A stretch of 64,000 nt of DNA, taken from assembly GCA_943349945.1 (NCBI GenBank), contig CALQZS010000001.1:277953-341952 (forward strand), written 5' to 3'. Position numbers and translations under genes: made by a program. The notes below the pieces were generated by a model that saw nothing but the letters and a program-made list of their open reading frames with translations, was not told where the DNA came from and searched no databases. This stretch comes from Candidatus Nomurabacteria bacterium (GTDB lineage: Bacteria; Patescibacteriota; Minisyncoccia; Phycocordibacterales; SBAW01). Shown piece by piece: positions 52,731 through 61,706 of the stretch (its first letter is position 1; every line of letters starts with the position of its first letter).

Positions 52731-53780
52731 ATGCGCTCTTCTATTAAAGAGCAGACTTTATTTGCCAAAAAACTCTCCTTTTTGCTGGGAGCACAAATAT
52801 CTATTGTGGAGTGTCTGGATATGCTTCGCGCACAGACGACGTCTAAAGCCAAAGAGCAAGCGTTGGATGATGTAGTGCAGAGTGTTGCGAACGGACAACT
52901 ACTGTCAGCTAGTCTTGGTAAGTATCCTCGTTTGTTTAGTGATTTTTTTATTACCCTTGTGCGCGTTGGAGAACAAAGCGGCACGCTACACACAAGCCTC
53001 GTACATCTTGCGGATGAATTAAAGAAAAAGCACCTGCTGCGCACTAAAGTGCTTGGCGCGCTCGTGTATCCAACCACTATTTTTATAGGGACTATTTTGG
53101 TGACTGTGGTGTTGATGGTGTATATTTTTCCAAAAATCTTACCCATCTTTGCAAGTCTGCAAGTGCAATTACCGCTCTCGACTCGCCTGGTGCTGGCATT
53201 GAGTGATTTTCTTATTGCGTTTGGCCTTTGGTGCGCCTTGGTTGTTGGTGTTGTTGTTATTGCTTTGTATATTGCACGTAACAAATATACAAGAGTCCGC
53301 TGGTATGTTGATGCTGCCACGCTGCATGTGCCACTGGTGCGCCACATGGTGCAGAGCTATAACCGCGCCAATGTCTGTCGTACCCTTGGGCTGCTGCTCA
53401 ACAGTGGTATGTCACTGGGAGATGCATTACTCGTTACTGCGGAGGGGACACGGAATCTGCTTTATAAAAATAGTTTGTTGGACCTGTGTCTTTGTGTGCA
53501 ACAGGGGAGTTCCTTGTCGAGCGGGTTTGTACGGTATCCAAAATTATTTTCTGCGTTAACCATGCAGCTTGTGGCGGTAGGAGAGCGGACAGGCACACTC
53601 GCTGCGTCGCTTGTGTATGTGGGCGACTTGCATGAGGGGGAAGTGGATGAACAAACAAAACACCTTGCTGCATCTATTGAACCGGTGCTTATGATTGTAA
53701 TGGGGCTCACGGTTGGTTTTGTTGCGATAGCAATTATCACGCCCTTGTATGAAATTACCTCACACCTTACTCCGCGATAA
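52731..53780 (+). CDS. pilC: type IV pilus / type II secretion platform protein PilC/GspF
   Basis: Two GspF repeats with '..LVRVGEQSGTLHTSL..' and '..LVAVGERTGTLAASL..'. Confidence 0.8.
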   Translation: MRSSIKEQTLFAKKLSFLLGAQISIVECLDMLRAQTTSKAKEQALDDVVQSVANGQLLSASLGKYPRLFSDFFITLVRVGEQSGTLHTSLVHLADELKKKHLLRTKVLGALVYPTTIFIGTILVTVVLMVYIFPKILPIFASLQVQLPLSTRLVLALSDFLIAFGLWCALVVGVVVIALYIARNKYTRVRWYVDAATLHVPLVRHMVQSYNRANVCRTLGLLLNSGMSLGDALLVTAEGTRNLLYKNSLLDLCLCVQQGSSLSSGFVRYPKLFSALTMQLVAVGERTGTLAASLVYVGDLHEGEVDEQTKHLAASIEPVLMIVMGLTVGFVAIAIITPLYEITSHLTPR

Positions 53781-54240
53781 GTGCGACGACTTATTTTTGT
53801 TGCCACATAAAAGTGGCTTTACGTTGGTGGAAGTACTGGTGGTGTTAGGGTTACTTTTGCTACTTGTGGGTCTTGGAGGGCTGGGGAGTATGGAGGCGTA
53901 CAGGTCGTATGTGTTTACTGCAGAAACACACACATTAGTTAGTGTGTTAGAGCGGGCGCGCAGTCAGGCGCTGGTCAATAAACAGCAACTGCCGCATGGC
54001 GTATGTTACCAAGCGCCGCACTACATCCTTTTTCAGGGGACTGAGTGTGTAGATACACCAAGTAGTGAACGTATTAGGACAGCACGGAGTATTGCGGACG
54101 CTTCTGATTTTGACACCATGTTTCCTGTGGTCATATTTACGCCGCTCACTGCAACTACTGTCTCGGCAACCATACATGTTACAGATGGTTTGCGGACTAC
54201 GGACATTGTAATAAATGATGAAGGCGCAATTTTTTGGTAG
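53749..54240 (+). CDS. pseudopilin / minor pilin (prepilin-type N-terminus)
   Basis: '..HKSG|FTLVEVLVVLGLLLLLVGL..' class III signal peptide with Glu+5. Confidence 0.6.
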   Translation: MKLPHTLLRDKCDDLFLLPHKSGFTLVEVLVVLGLLLLLVGLGGLGSMEAYRSYVFTAETHTLVSVLERARSQALVNKQQLPHGVCYQAPHYILFQGTECVDTPSSERIRTARSIADASDFDTMFPVVIFTPLTATTVSATIHVTDGLRTTDIVINDEGAIFW

Positions 54241-55705
54241 AGCGTATATCCGAGGTTTTAGCACTCTTGAAATGCTTATTGCGGTAAGTGTGCTTTTGCT
54301 CGGGATGACTGCAGCGTTGTTGATGCAGTTTGGTGCACAAGCTGCTGCGGTCGATGCGCAGATACAGATGCAGGCACTTGCACGAGCGGCCTCTGTGTTA
54401 GACCGTGCGCGCGTGGTGGCGGCCCAAGATGTAGTAGGTGTAATTGCAACATCTAGTGTGTGGTCTGTAGGAGGTCAGACCTATGTGCAAACAATATCAG
54501 TGGCGCATAAGACGCAGTGTCGCACACAGGCAACCAGTTCTGTGTTTTGGCAAAACAGCCCTGTGCGACCGCAACGAGTAGAATTGTCCAGGGTATTTAT
54601 AGATATAGAGCGGATGCTTTCTCTGGGGAGAGATTGCATTACCGACGTGTCACCCTGGGAGGGACTACACGCGCGTTCGGTAAACACAATTGATGCGGGT
54701 GTGCCGACAGCGCTTGATGTGCTGAACGGTCTTGTATACGGAGGTGGTACGGCTTCGCCGTATTTTTTTATACTCGACACAACCACCTCTGCCGACAAAA
54801 GCGCCAATGAGTTGGTCAGTTTTGAGAATGGATTTAACGCAGGTGCGGCAATAAACGCGCTTGATGCCACGGCGCTGCGCTCGCATGAAGGAGTGCTTAG
54901 ACACTACGTGTTTGCGGCTATGGAGGCTACTACTAGCCAGATGACGGTGATTGATGTGACCAGTCCAAAAAAACCAACAACAGTGGCGGTACGCACGCTC
55001 AATAATGTGTCGCCCGTGGGCTCTGAACCTGCAGGACATCGACTCTATTATTTTGCCGACAGACTGTACGTGCTTACGCGCTATACTGCCGGGCCAGAAC
55101 TACACACCTTTGATGTCTCGAATCCAGAAGACCCTGTAGAGCTTGGGGGAGGTGTCGAGTTGGGCGTCACCGTGAATGGTATTGCAGTGCAAGAGCGGTT
55201 TATAGAAGGAGTGTCTCGACGATTTGCCTACCTTGCAACTTCTCAAGCTGCGGGAGAGCTGAAGGTGTATGATGTGACCGACCCGCTGCGTGTAGGCGCT
55301 GCGACAGAGGTGTTGGAAGCTCGGCAAGACTTACCTGGTATACAAAATGGACTGAGCGTATACCCGCTAGGCAACAGGCTCTACGTGGGGCGCGCATCGA
55401 CTCCGCCGGGCGCAGATTTGTATGTATATGACACCACAAACCCACCGCAAGGTTTGGCTCTTGTGGGGGGACATGATATCGGCACAGGGGTAGAGACTGT
55501 GTTGGTGGTCGGTGACTTTGCGTTTTTGAGCACACCCAAATCTAAAAAGGAATTACAAGTCTGGGATATCAGGTCAGACCCTATTGCTCTTGTTGCCGAA
55601 TATGCGCTGCCGGGCAGTGTTGCAGGCGGGCTTGAGTATGAGGATGGTTTTTTATTTGTAACCGCACAAAGCGATGCTTCGGTGCACACCTTTGTTGGGT
55701 ATTGA
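54215..55705 (+). CDS. prepilin-type N-terminus fused to an LVIVD-repeat beta-propeller domain (candidate pilus tip/adhesin subunit)
   Basis: '..RG|FSTLEMLIAVSVLLLG..' then repeated '..LYVLTRY..FDVSNPEDP', '..LKVYDVTDPLRV..', '..LYVYDTTNPPQG..', '..LQVWDIRSDP..' blocks typical of LVIVD repeats. Confidence 0.55.
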   Translation: MMKAQFFGRAYIRGFSTLEMLIAVSVLLLGMTAALLMQFGAQAAAVDAQIQMQALARAASVLDRARVVAAQDVVGVIATSSVWSVGGQTYVQTISVAHKTQCRTQATSSVFWQNSPVRPQRVELSRVFIDIERMLSLGRDCITDVSPWEGLHARSVNTIDAGVPTALDVLNGLVYGGGTASPYFFILDTTTSADKSANELVSFENGFNAGAAINALDATALRSHEGVLRHYVFAAMEATTSQMTVIDVTSPKKPTTVAVRTLNNVSPVGSEPAGHRLYYFADRLYVLTRYTAGPELHTFDVSNPEDPVELGGGVELGVTVNGIAVQERFIEGVSRRFAYLATSQAAGELKVYDVTDPLRVGAATEVLEARQDLPGIQNGLSVYPLGNRLYVGRASTPPGADLYVYDTTNPPQGLALVGGHDIGTGVETVLVVGDFAFLSTPKSKKELQVWDIRSDPIALVAEYALPGSVAGGLEYEDGFLFVTAQSDASVHTFVGY

Positions 55706-55706
55706 T

Positions 55707-56186
55707 ATGTCGATCTATACACACACGAGTGCGCGTGGATTCACCCTTGTTGAGGCTGTTATGTATATAGGCCTGTTTTCTTTATTACTATCCAGTTCGC
55801 TTGTAGTGGTGTGGCAGTTGGTTGATGGTATGCAGCGCGACATGCAGCGCCTTACGATACAAGAAGAGGGGAATTTTGTGATGCAAAAAATACACCGCTC
55901 TGTAATAGACTCGGCGAGTGTCGCGGTGTTGAACGAGGATTTCTCGCACCAAATCATTTTACATACGCACGCAGCACAGCGCATTACTGTGCGGTTCAAT
56001 ATGGCAAGTAGTAGTATAGAAATGCAAAGGGGTCAGCTTGCGCCGTTTGTACCACTTACCACTAATGCGGTGCGGGTCAACGATGTAGTTTTTACAGAGA
56101 TGCTGCACGCAGGTGCTCCGGGCATACGCGCCACTATTACCATAGAAGGAGAAGTGTTTGAGGTAGAGGAGTATGTGCGCGACTAA
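55707..56186 (+). CDS. pseudopilin / minor pilin
   Basis: '..SARG|FTLVEAVMYIGLFSLLLSS..' prepilin motif. Confidence 0.55.
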   Translation: MSIYTHTSARGFTLVEAVMYIGLFSLLLSSSLVVVWQLVDGMQRDMQRLTIQEEGNFVMQKIHRSVIDSASVAVLNEDFSHQIILHTHAAQRITVRFNMASSSIEMQRGQLAPFVPLTTNAVRVNDVVFTEMLHAGAPGIRATITIEGEVFEVEEYVRD

Positions 56187-56383
56187 GCGTTGTCTCCCGC
56201 GCCACCCATAAACTCCTCAGGTTTTTTTGGCGGGGGCGGTATGGCGTGATCTCCTGCGGCTACTTCGGCAGCTTCCTCGTTGTCTATCTCTATTGCGTCG
56301 TTGGGTATGTCATTAGCCCACACAGCAATTGCCACTATGGCTAAAAATACTCCCAAGCCAATAAGAAATACAGTAATCATATC
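56183..56383 (-). CDS. hypothetical small membrane protein (antisense to the pilin operon)
   Basis: 66-aa ORF 'MITVFLIGLGVFLAIVAIAVWAND..' in a 240-bp gap between plus-strand pilin genes; weak. Confidence 0.25.
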   Translation of the reverse strand, partial: DMITVFLIGLGVFLAIVAIAVWANDIPNDAIEIDNEEAAEVAAGDHAIPPPPKKPEEFMGGAGDNA

Positions 56384-56428
56384 TACAGTATAGCAAAATG
56401 GGATTTTCCTGCGTGGTAGCCTAAAGAG

Positions 56429-56815
56429 GTGCAAAGAGTACAAAAAGGATTTATGGCACTTGCGCTTGCTGGAGTATTGTCTGCTGGGCTCCTGCTTTTG
56501 GCAGGGGTGGGGAGCTTGCGTGCTTGGTATACACGGTCAAACGTGCTCGATTTTGAAATGAAGCAACAAAGCGAAGTACTCGCTGCTGCATGTATAGAGC
56601 AAGTACGCGTACAGCTTGTGAAAGATCCTTTATATGCAGGTGATGCTGTGTTTGCGTATGGAGAGGGGGTATGCACAGTGGGCGCAGTGCATGGCACAGC
56701 AGAAAAAGCATTTACGATTGTGAGCGAGTATCACGGTTTGCGCACTATCTTGGCTGTCACCCTTGATACGGCAACTATGGAACTACTCTCTGCGACGGAA
56801 CTATCCACACTCTAA
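56429..56815 (+). CDS. pilin-like protein with hydrophobic N-terminus lacking Glu+5
   Basis: '..QKG|FMALALAGVLSAGLLLLAG..'; resembles GspK-type pseudopilins that lack E5. Confidence 0.4.
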   Translation: MQRVQKGFMALALAGVLSAGLLLLAGVGSLRAWYTRSNVLDFEMKQQSEVLAAACIEQVRVQLVKDPLYAGDAVFAYGEGVCTVGAVHGTAEKAFTIVSEYHGLRTILAVTLDTATMELLSATELSTL

Positions 56816-56893
56816 AAGTACTTCGCCCCAGCTTATTTTTTATATGATACGCTTACGGTAGTAGATTTATTGAGTTCCTAAATTTTTAAGGAA

Positions 56894-57418
56894 ATGAGAC
56901 ATCTTCTCGTGCGCGCTAGGGGCGTTGTGCCTGGTAGTCGTGTGGGGTGGGGTCGTGGGTTTACACTTATTGAGCTGCTTATTGTAATTGGGGTTATTGC
57001 CATCTTAGCAACGGTAGTAGTGGTGGCTATTAATCCTGCGCGACAATTTGCGCAGGCACGTAATAGTCAGCGGGTCAGCAACGTGACAACCATTCTAAAC
57101 GCAATAGGGCAAAATATTGCCGAGAACAGAGGTGTCTTTATGTGTGGAGGTGTGTCATTCGATATAGGTGGGGCAAGTAGTACGGCGGGTATTATCGCCA
57201 GCGGTTCTGCCGACCACGACCTAGCACCTTGTTTGGTCCCTATATACCTCACAGCGCTGCCAGTGGACCCAGTGGGTACGTCAACGTGCGCAACTCCTGA
57301 CTATGAAGACACAAATAGCTACAACACTTGTTATGAAGTGTCGCGTGATGCGGCTGGTCGCGTGACGGTGCGCGCACCCTCGGCAGAGTTGGGGGAGCAA
57401 ATAGCTGTTACGAGATAG
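56894..57418 (+). CDS. type IV pilin (candidate major pilin of the locus)
   Basis: '..GRG|FTLIELLIVIGVIAILATVVVVAINP..' canonical prepilin motif; two Cys pairs in the C-terminal half. Confidence 0.7.
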   Translation: MRHLLVRARGVVPGSRVGWGRGFTLIELLIVIGVIAILATVVVVAINPARQFAQARNSQRVSNVTTILNAIGQNIAENRGVFMCGGVSFDIGGASSTAGIIASGSADHDLAPCLVPIYLTALPVDPVGTSTCATPDYEDTNSYNTCYEVSRDAAGRVTVRAPSAELGEQIAVTR

Positions 57419-57475
57419 GCGTGCTTTTACTTCAAACCACTGTGGTGGAAAAAGGGATGATGTATACTGAGGTGC

Positions 57476-59452
57476 ATGGCCGCGGGGAAGAAAAAAGGTT
57501 CTGTTGAGGGGTTGAAAGACCAACTCTATTCACGTGCAGAGGCGCCAGAGGTACATCCAGAAGAACGCACACCGCTGTCTCATTCGGTGGCGCATGCACC
57601 CGTGGCGTGGGAAGATATTCAAAAAAAACCCGCCGCACCCACGCCGCATACGCCCCCGGTGGGCTTCCACGGTGGGGAAGTGAAGGGGCTCGAGCCTATG
57701 AAGCAAAAAAAAGGTTTTTCATTTGCCACTAAATTTCTATTTTTCTCTATTGCGTTTTTTTGCGCAGGGGCGGGGGTTGCTGCGTACATGTTTTTCTTGG
57801 GCGGCAACACTATCTCGTCGCAAAATATCGACATGCAAATTATTGCGCCGTCGCTCATCGACGGAGGCAAAGAGACCTCGTTTCAAATTTTGGTACACAA
57901 CCGCAACCAAGCGCCGCTTGAGCTGGTTGACCTGGTGATAGACTACCCCGACGGTGCCCGCGACCCCAAAGACCAAACAAAGTCGCTGATGCATGACAGA
58001 CAAACGGTCGGGACTATTTTGTCGGGCCAACAGATAAAGCGCACCGCGAGTGCCGTCTTTTATGGCCAAGAGGGGAGTCCGCAAAAAGTGCGTGCGCGCA
58101 TCGAGTACAACATCCCCGGCTCAAGTGCTGTGTTTGAACGGCAGGTAGAAGTCGACTTTACGGTTGGGTCGTCGCCTATTGCGGTGGTGGTTGAGTCTCC
58201 CGACCGGGCTGTAACGGGAGAGGAATTTACCATGGAGCTTTTGGTGCAAAGTAACGCACAGTCTGCGGTTGAAAACGTGGTCATCCAGGCACAGTATCCA
58301 TTTGGCTTTTCGGTAGTGCGCAGTACTCCTGAAGCAGAAGCAGGAGGCACGCTCTGGCGGCTTGGCTCTATGGAGCCCGGGTCGTCTAAAAAAATCACCC
58401 TCGTGGGCAAGATAGAAGGCCAAGACGGCGACGAACGCGTCTTCCGCTTTTTGGCGGGCTCTAATGCCGACCAGACCGACACCCAAGTGCGCGTGCCGTT
58501 TTTGATTGTGCCGCAAACGCTCACGGTGGAGCGGCCGTTCATCACCGCGGTCATTGCGGTGGATGGTAAAACGAGCAACATCTCGGCGCCTGCCGGCCAA
58601 AGTGTGCAGGGTACGGTTACTTGGCAAAATAATCTAAAAGAAGCAGTGTCTAACCTCGAGCTCAAATTATCGTTCAAAGGCGCGGTGTTGGATACAAACT
58701 CTGTCCGCTCGTCAAGTGGATTTTATGAATCGTCTGACGACTCGCTGGTGTGGACCAAAACGCAGGACTCGTCCTTGGGTTCTATACCACCTGGCGGATC
58801 GGGGGTTGTGCACTTTACATTCGAGACACTCAAACCCGGCGACGGCGGACTCTACGCAAACCCCACTATCGACCTAAACCTAACGGTGTCTGCCGTGCGC
58901 CAAGGTCAAGACCGCGTCCCCGAGACGGTTGACTCGGCAGCGACGGCGCGCGTGTCGGTGGCGTCGCTCGTGCAGCTAACCGCACAAGCGCTGTACTTTT
59001 CGGGGCCTTTTACCAACACAGGCCCTATGCCGCCGGTGGCCGAACAAAGCACTACCTACAGTATTGTGTGGACGGTCAACAACTCGTCGAACACGCTTGC
59101 CAACACTGCGGTGTCGTCGGTGTTGCCACCGTATGTACGATTTATCAGCTCGCAGGCAGGGAGTGGAATACAGTACAGCCCAGCCAGCCGAACGGTGACG
59201 TGGTCTCTGGGTGACGTAAAGCCCGGTGCGGGGTATAGTGGCACTGCCCGCACGGCGGCGTTCCAAGTGGCGCTGACCCCAAGTACAAGCCAGGTGGGGC
59301 AAGCGCCCGTGCTGACTGGCGAAGTAACCTTGACGGGCCAAGACAGATTTGCGCAGGTGCCCGTGCAAGCGCGCGCTAATGCACCAACCACACGTCTGAC
59401 CGCAGACAGTGACTTTGTGTCAAACATGGAGCTGGTGCTGCCAAAGCAATAA
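57476..59452 (+). CDS. large membrane-anchored protein with repeated beta-sandwich (CARDB/DUF11-like) extracellular domains
   Basis: ~95-aa cytoplasmic N-terminus, single TM (FLFFSIAFFCAGAGVAAYMFFLGG), ~550-aa extracellular region with recurring '..V.N.(S/G)N..A..V..' beta-rich segments. Confidence 0.4.
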   Translation: MAAGKKKGSVEGLKDQLYSRAEAPEVHPEERTPLSHSVAHAPVAWEDIQKKPAAPTPHTPPVGFHGGEVKGLEPMKQKKGFSFATKFLFFSIAFFCAGAGVAAYMFFLGGNTISSQNIDMQIIAPSLIDGGKETSFQILVHNRNQAPLELVDLVIDYPDGARDPKDQTKSLMHDRQTVGTILSGQQIKRTASAVFYGQEGSPQKVRARIEYNIPGSSAVFERQVEVDFTVGSSPIAVVVESPDRAVTGEEFTMELLVQSNAQSAVENVVIQAQYPFGFSVVRSTPEAEAGGTLWRLGSMEPGSSKKITLVGKIEGQDGDERVFRFLAGSNADQTDTQVRVPFLIVPQTLTVERPFITAVIAVDGKTSNISAPAGQSVQGTVTWQNNLKEAVSNLELKLSFKGAVLDTNSVRSSSGFYESSDDSLVWTKTQDSSLGSIPPGGSGVVHFTFETLKPGDGGLYANPTIDLNLTVSAVRQGQDRVPETVDSAATARVSVASLVQLTAQALYFSGPFTNTGPMPPVAEQSTTYSIVWTVNNSSNTLANTAVSSVLPPYVRFISSQAGSGIQYSPASRTVTWSLGDVKPGAGYSGTARTAAFQVALTPSTSQVGQAPVLTGEVTLTGQDRFAQVPVQARANAPTTRLTADSDFVSNMELVLPKQ

Positions 59453-59477
59453 ACCATATATGAAAGAGGAGAATGTA

Positions 59478-60848
59478 ATGGAGAAGATTGTATCGCTGTG
59501 CAAGCGACGCGGCTTTGTATATCAAGGGTCAGAAATTTATGGCGGCTTGGCGGGTACGTGGGACTATGGGCCTTTGGGCGTGGCATTGAAAAAAAATATA
59601 GAAAATTTGTGGTGGCGCTATTTTGTGGAGTCGCGCGACGATATGTACGGCATCGATTCGGCAATTTTGATGAACCCGAAAGTGTGGGAGGCAAGCGGCC
59701 ACGTGGGCGGGTTTAACGACCCACTGGTGTCTGATGTTAAAACCAAAAAACGCTACCGCGCCGACCACTTGCTTGAAGAGGTGGGTGTAGACCCAACCGG
59801 AATGACGCTCGAGCAGATGGGCGCGGCCATAGTAGAGAAGAAAATAAAAAGTCCCGAAGGCAACGAACTTTCGGTGCCGCAGCAGTTTAATATGATGTTC
59901 AAAACAGCCGTGGGCTCGGTCGACGGTACGGACACCACGGTGTACCTGCGCCCCGAGACGGCGCAGGGGATGTTTGTGAACTTTAAAAATATCGTGGACT
60001 CCTTCCACCCAAAACTCCCATTTGGTATGGCGCAGATTGGGCGCAACTTCCGTAACGAGATAGCGCCGCGCGACTTTGTGTTTCGTGTGCGCGAGCTTGA
60101 GATAATGGAGTTCGAGTACTTTATAGAAGAAAAAACATGGGAGGAGCATTTTGCGTATTGGCAAAAACAAATGCACGGCTGGTTTAGTTTGTTGGGGTTT
60201 GCTCCAGAGGACATCCGCGAGGTAGAGATACCAGACGGCGAGCGTGCGCACTACTCCAAGCGCACCGTAGACTTCCACTTTAACTACCCACACAAGTTTG
60301 ACGAGATAGGGGGCTTGGCCTACCGCACCGACTTTGATCTTAAAAATCATATCGAGCACAGCAAAGCCGACCTGCAATACATGGACCCGCAGACAAACGA
60401 AAAGTTTGTGCCGCATGTGCTTGAACCTACGTTTGGTGTAGGGCGCCACCTGTTGGCGGTGTTGGTCAAAGCGTATACCGAGGACGAGCTGGGAGGGGAG
60501 TCCCGCGTGTACCTAAAATTCCCCCCGCACTTGGCGCCTGTTAAGGCCGCCGTATTTCCATTGCTTAAAAACAAGCCCGAGTTGGTCGCAAAAGCGCGCG
60601 AGGTGTACGCCAGTCTTAAAAAAGAAATTCCACAGATTGTCTGGGACGACAACGGCAACATCGGCAAGCGCTACCGCCGCCAGGACGAAATTGGTACGCC
60701 GTTTTGCATTACGGTCGACTTCGACACTCTGGGCGAAAATGCCGAACTTAAAGACACAGTAACACTGCGCGACCGAGACACAGGCGAGCAAAAGCGCGTA
60801 GCGGTGGCTGACCTTGCAAGCATATTGACAAGTGCTATGAAAGTATAG
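59478..60848 (+). CDS. glyQS: glycyl-tRNA synthetase (alpha2 dimeric type)
   Basis: 'MEKIVSLCKRRGFVYQGSEIYGGLAGTWDYGPLG..' class II motifs and anticodon-binding domain; start refined to MEKIV. Confidence 0.85.
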   Translation: MEKIVSLCKRRGFVYQGSEIYGGLAGTWDYGPLGVALKKNIENLWWRYFVESRDDMYGIDSAILMNPKVWEASGHVGGFNDPLVSDVKTKKRYRADHLLEEVGVDPTGMTLEQMGAAIVEKKIKSPEGNELSVPQQFNMMFKTAVGSVDGTDTTVYLRPETAQGMFVNFKNIVDSFHPKLPFGMAQIGRNFRNEIAPRDFVFRVRELEIMEFEYFIEEKTWEEHFAYWQKQMHGWFSLLGFAPEDIREVEIPDGERAHYSKRTVDFHFNYPHKFDEIGGLAYRTDFDLKNHIEHSKADLQYMDPQTNEKFVPHVLEPTFGVGRHLLAVLVKAYTEDELGGESRVYLKFPPHLAPVKAAVFPLLKNKPELVAKAREVYASLKKEIPQIVWDDNGNIGKRYRRQDEIGTPFCITVDFDTLGENAELKDTVTLRDRDTGEQKRVAVADLASILTSAMKV

Positions 60849-60905
60849 CATTATGCGTGCAGCGTGCGTTTCTAAAGATCCTTAAAAAAAAAGGGGGATA
60901 CTGCG

Positions 60906-61622
60906 GTGCTAAACATTCTCAAGCGAGGCATACGGCTGGTGGCTTTGATTACGCTTGTTGTTGTGGTGCTGTCTTTTGCGGCTAAGGTGGCTGTGTATGG
61001 CCTGTACAACGCGCCAACTCAGTCGCAAAACAAAGGCCCGCTATTCGGCGAGCCAGGCAAGGAGACTCTGTACATCGCCCTGCCGAACAAGGCCGATCAT
61101 GTGGCGGGTGATGAGGCGGCTCGGGTCGTTGTCATCGCATATCTGAGCTTTGGCTGCCCCGAATGCGCCCAATACTATCGGACGTTGCGCAAGTTGGCGC
61201 GGCAAGGGGTGACGGTTATATACCGTCACTACCAGCCATCGTGGGCGTTTGGTTCGCGCGCGTTCATCGTGGCGCATGCGGCCGAATGTGTGGCGGAGCG
61301 CCTGGGGCCAGAGGGATTTTGGGAGGTAGCGGACTATATCTTTGCCAACCAAGACAAAATCTTTGGTGCGGCGTATGACCCACTGCCGCCATTGTTGGCG
61401 CGATTTGATATGCTGGACGCGCCCTTTGAAGAGTGCAAGGACACCGGTAGGCACACCGAGCGTATCGATGTAAACACGAAGGAGGCGCTGACTATCGCAA
61501 GGCAGATGCCTATAACCATAGTCCTTGACCCAAGAAATGCAGAGGCGCATCTGCTCATCGGTGCAGTTGATGAGACAGACGTGCAACAAAGACTGATGCT
61601 CATAACGGCAGTGTCTCAGTAG
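60906..61622 (+). CDS. membrane-anchored DsbA-family thioredoxin-fold protein
   Basis: CxxC 'FGCPECAQY', N-terminal TM anchor. Confidence 0.6.
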   Translation: MLNILKRGIRLVALITLVVVVLSFAAKVAVYGLYNAPTQSQNKGPLFGEPGKETLYIALPNKADHVAGDEAARVVVIAYLSFGCPECAQYYRTLRKLARQGVTVIYRHYQPSWAFGSRAFIVAHAAECVAERLGPEGFWEVADYIFANQDKIFGAAYDPLPPLLARFDMLDAPFEECKDTGRHTERIDVNTKEALTIARQMPITIVLDPRNAEAHLLIGAVDETDVQQRLMLITAVSQ

Positions 61623-61706
61623 CGCGGCCAGACAATCCCCAGCCACACGGCTGGGGATTTTTTTTATACAAAAAAGCCTTGAGGTCGAATATGCTATCAT
61701 GCTCCC

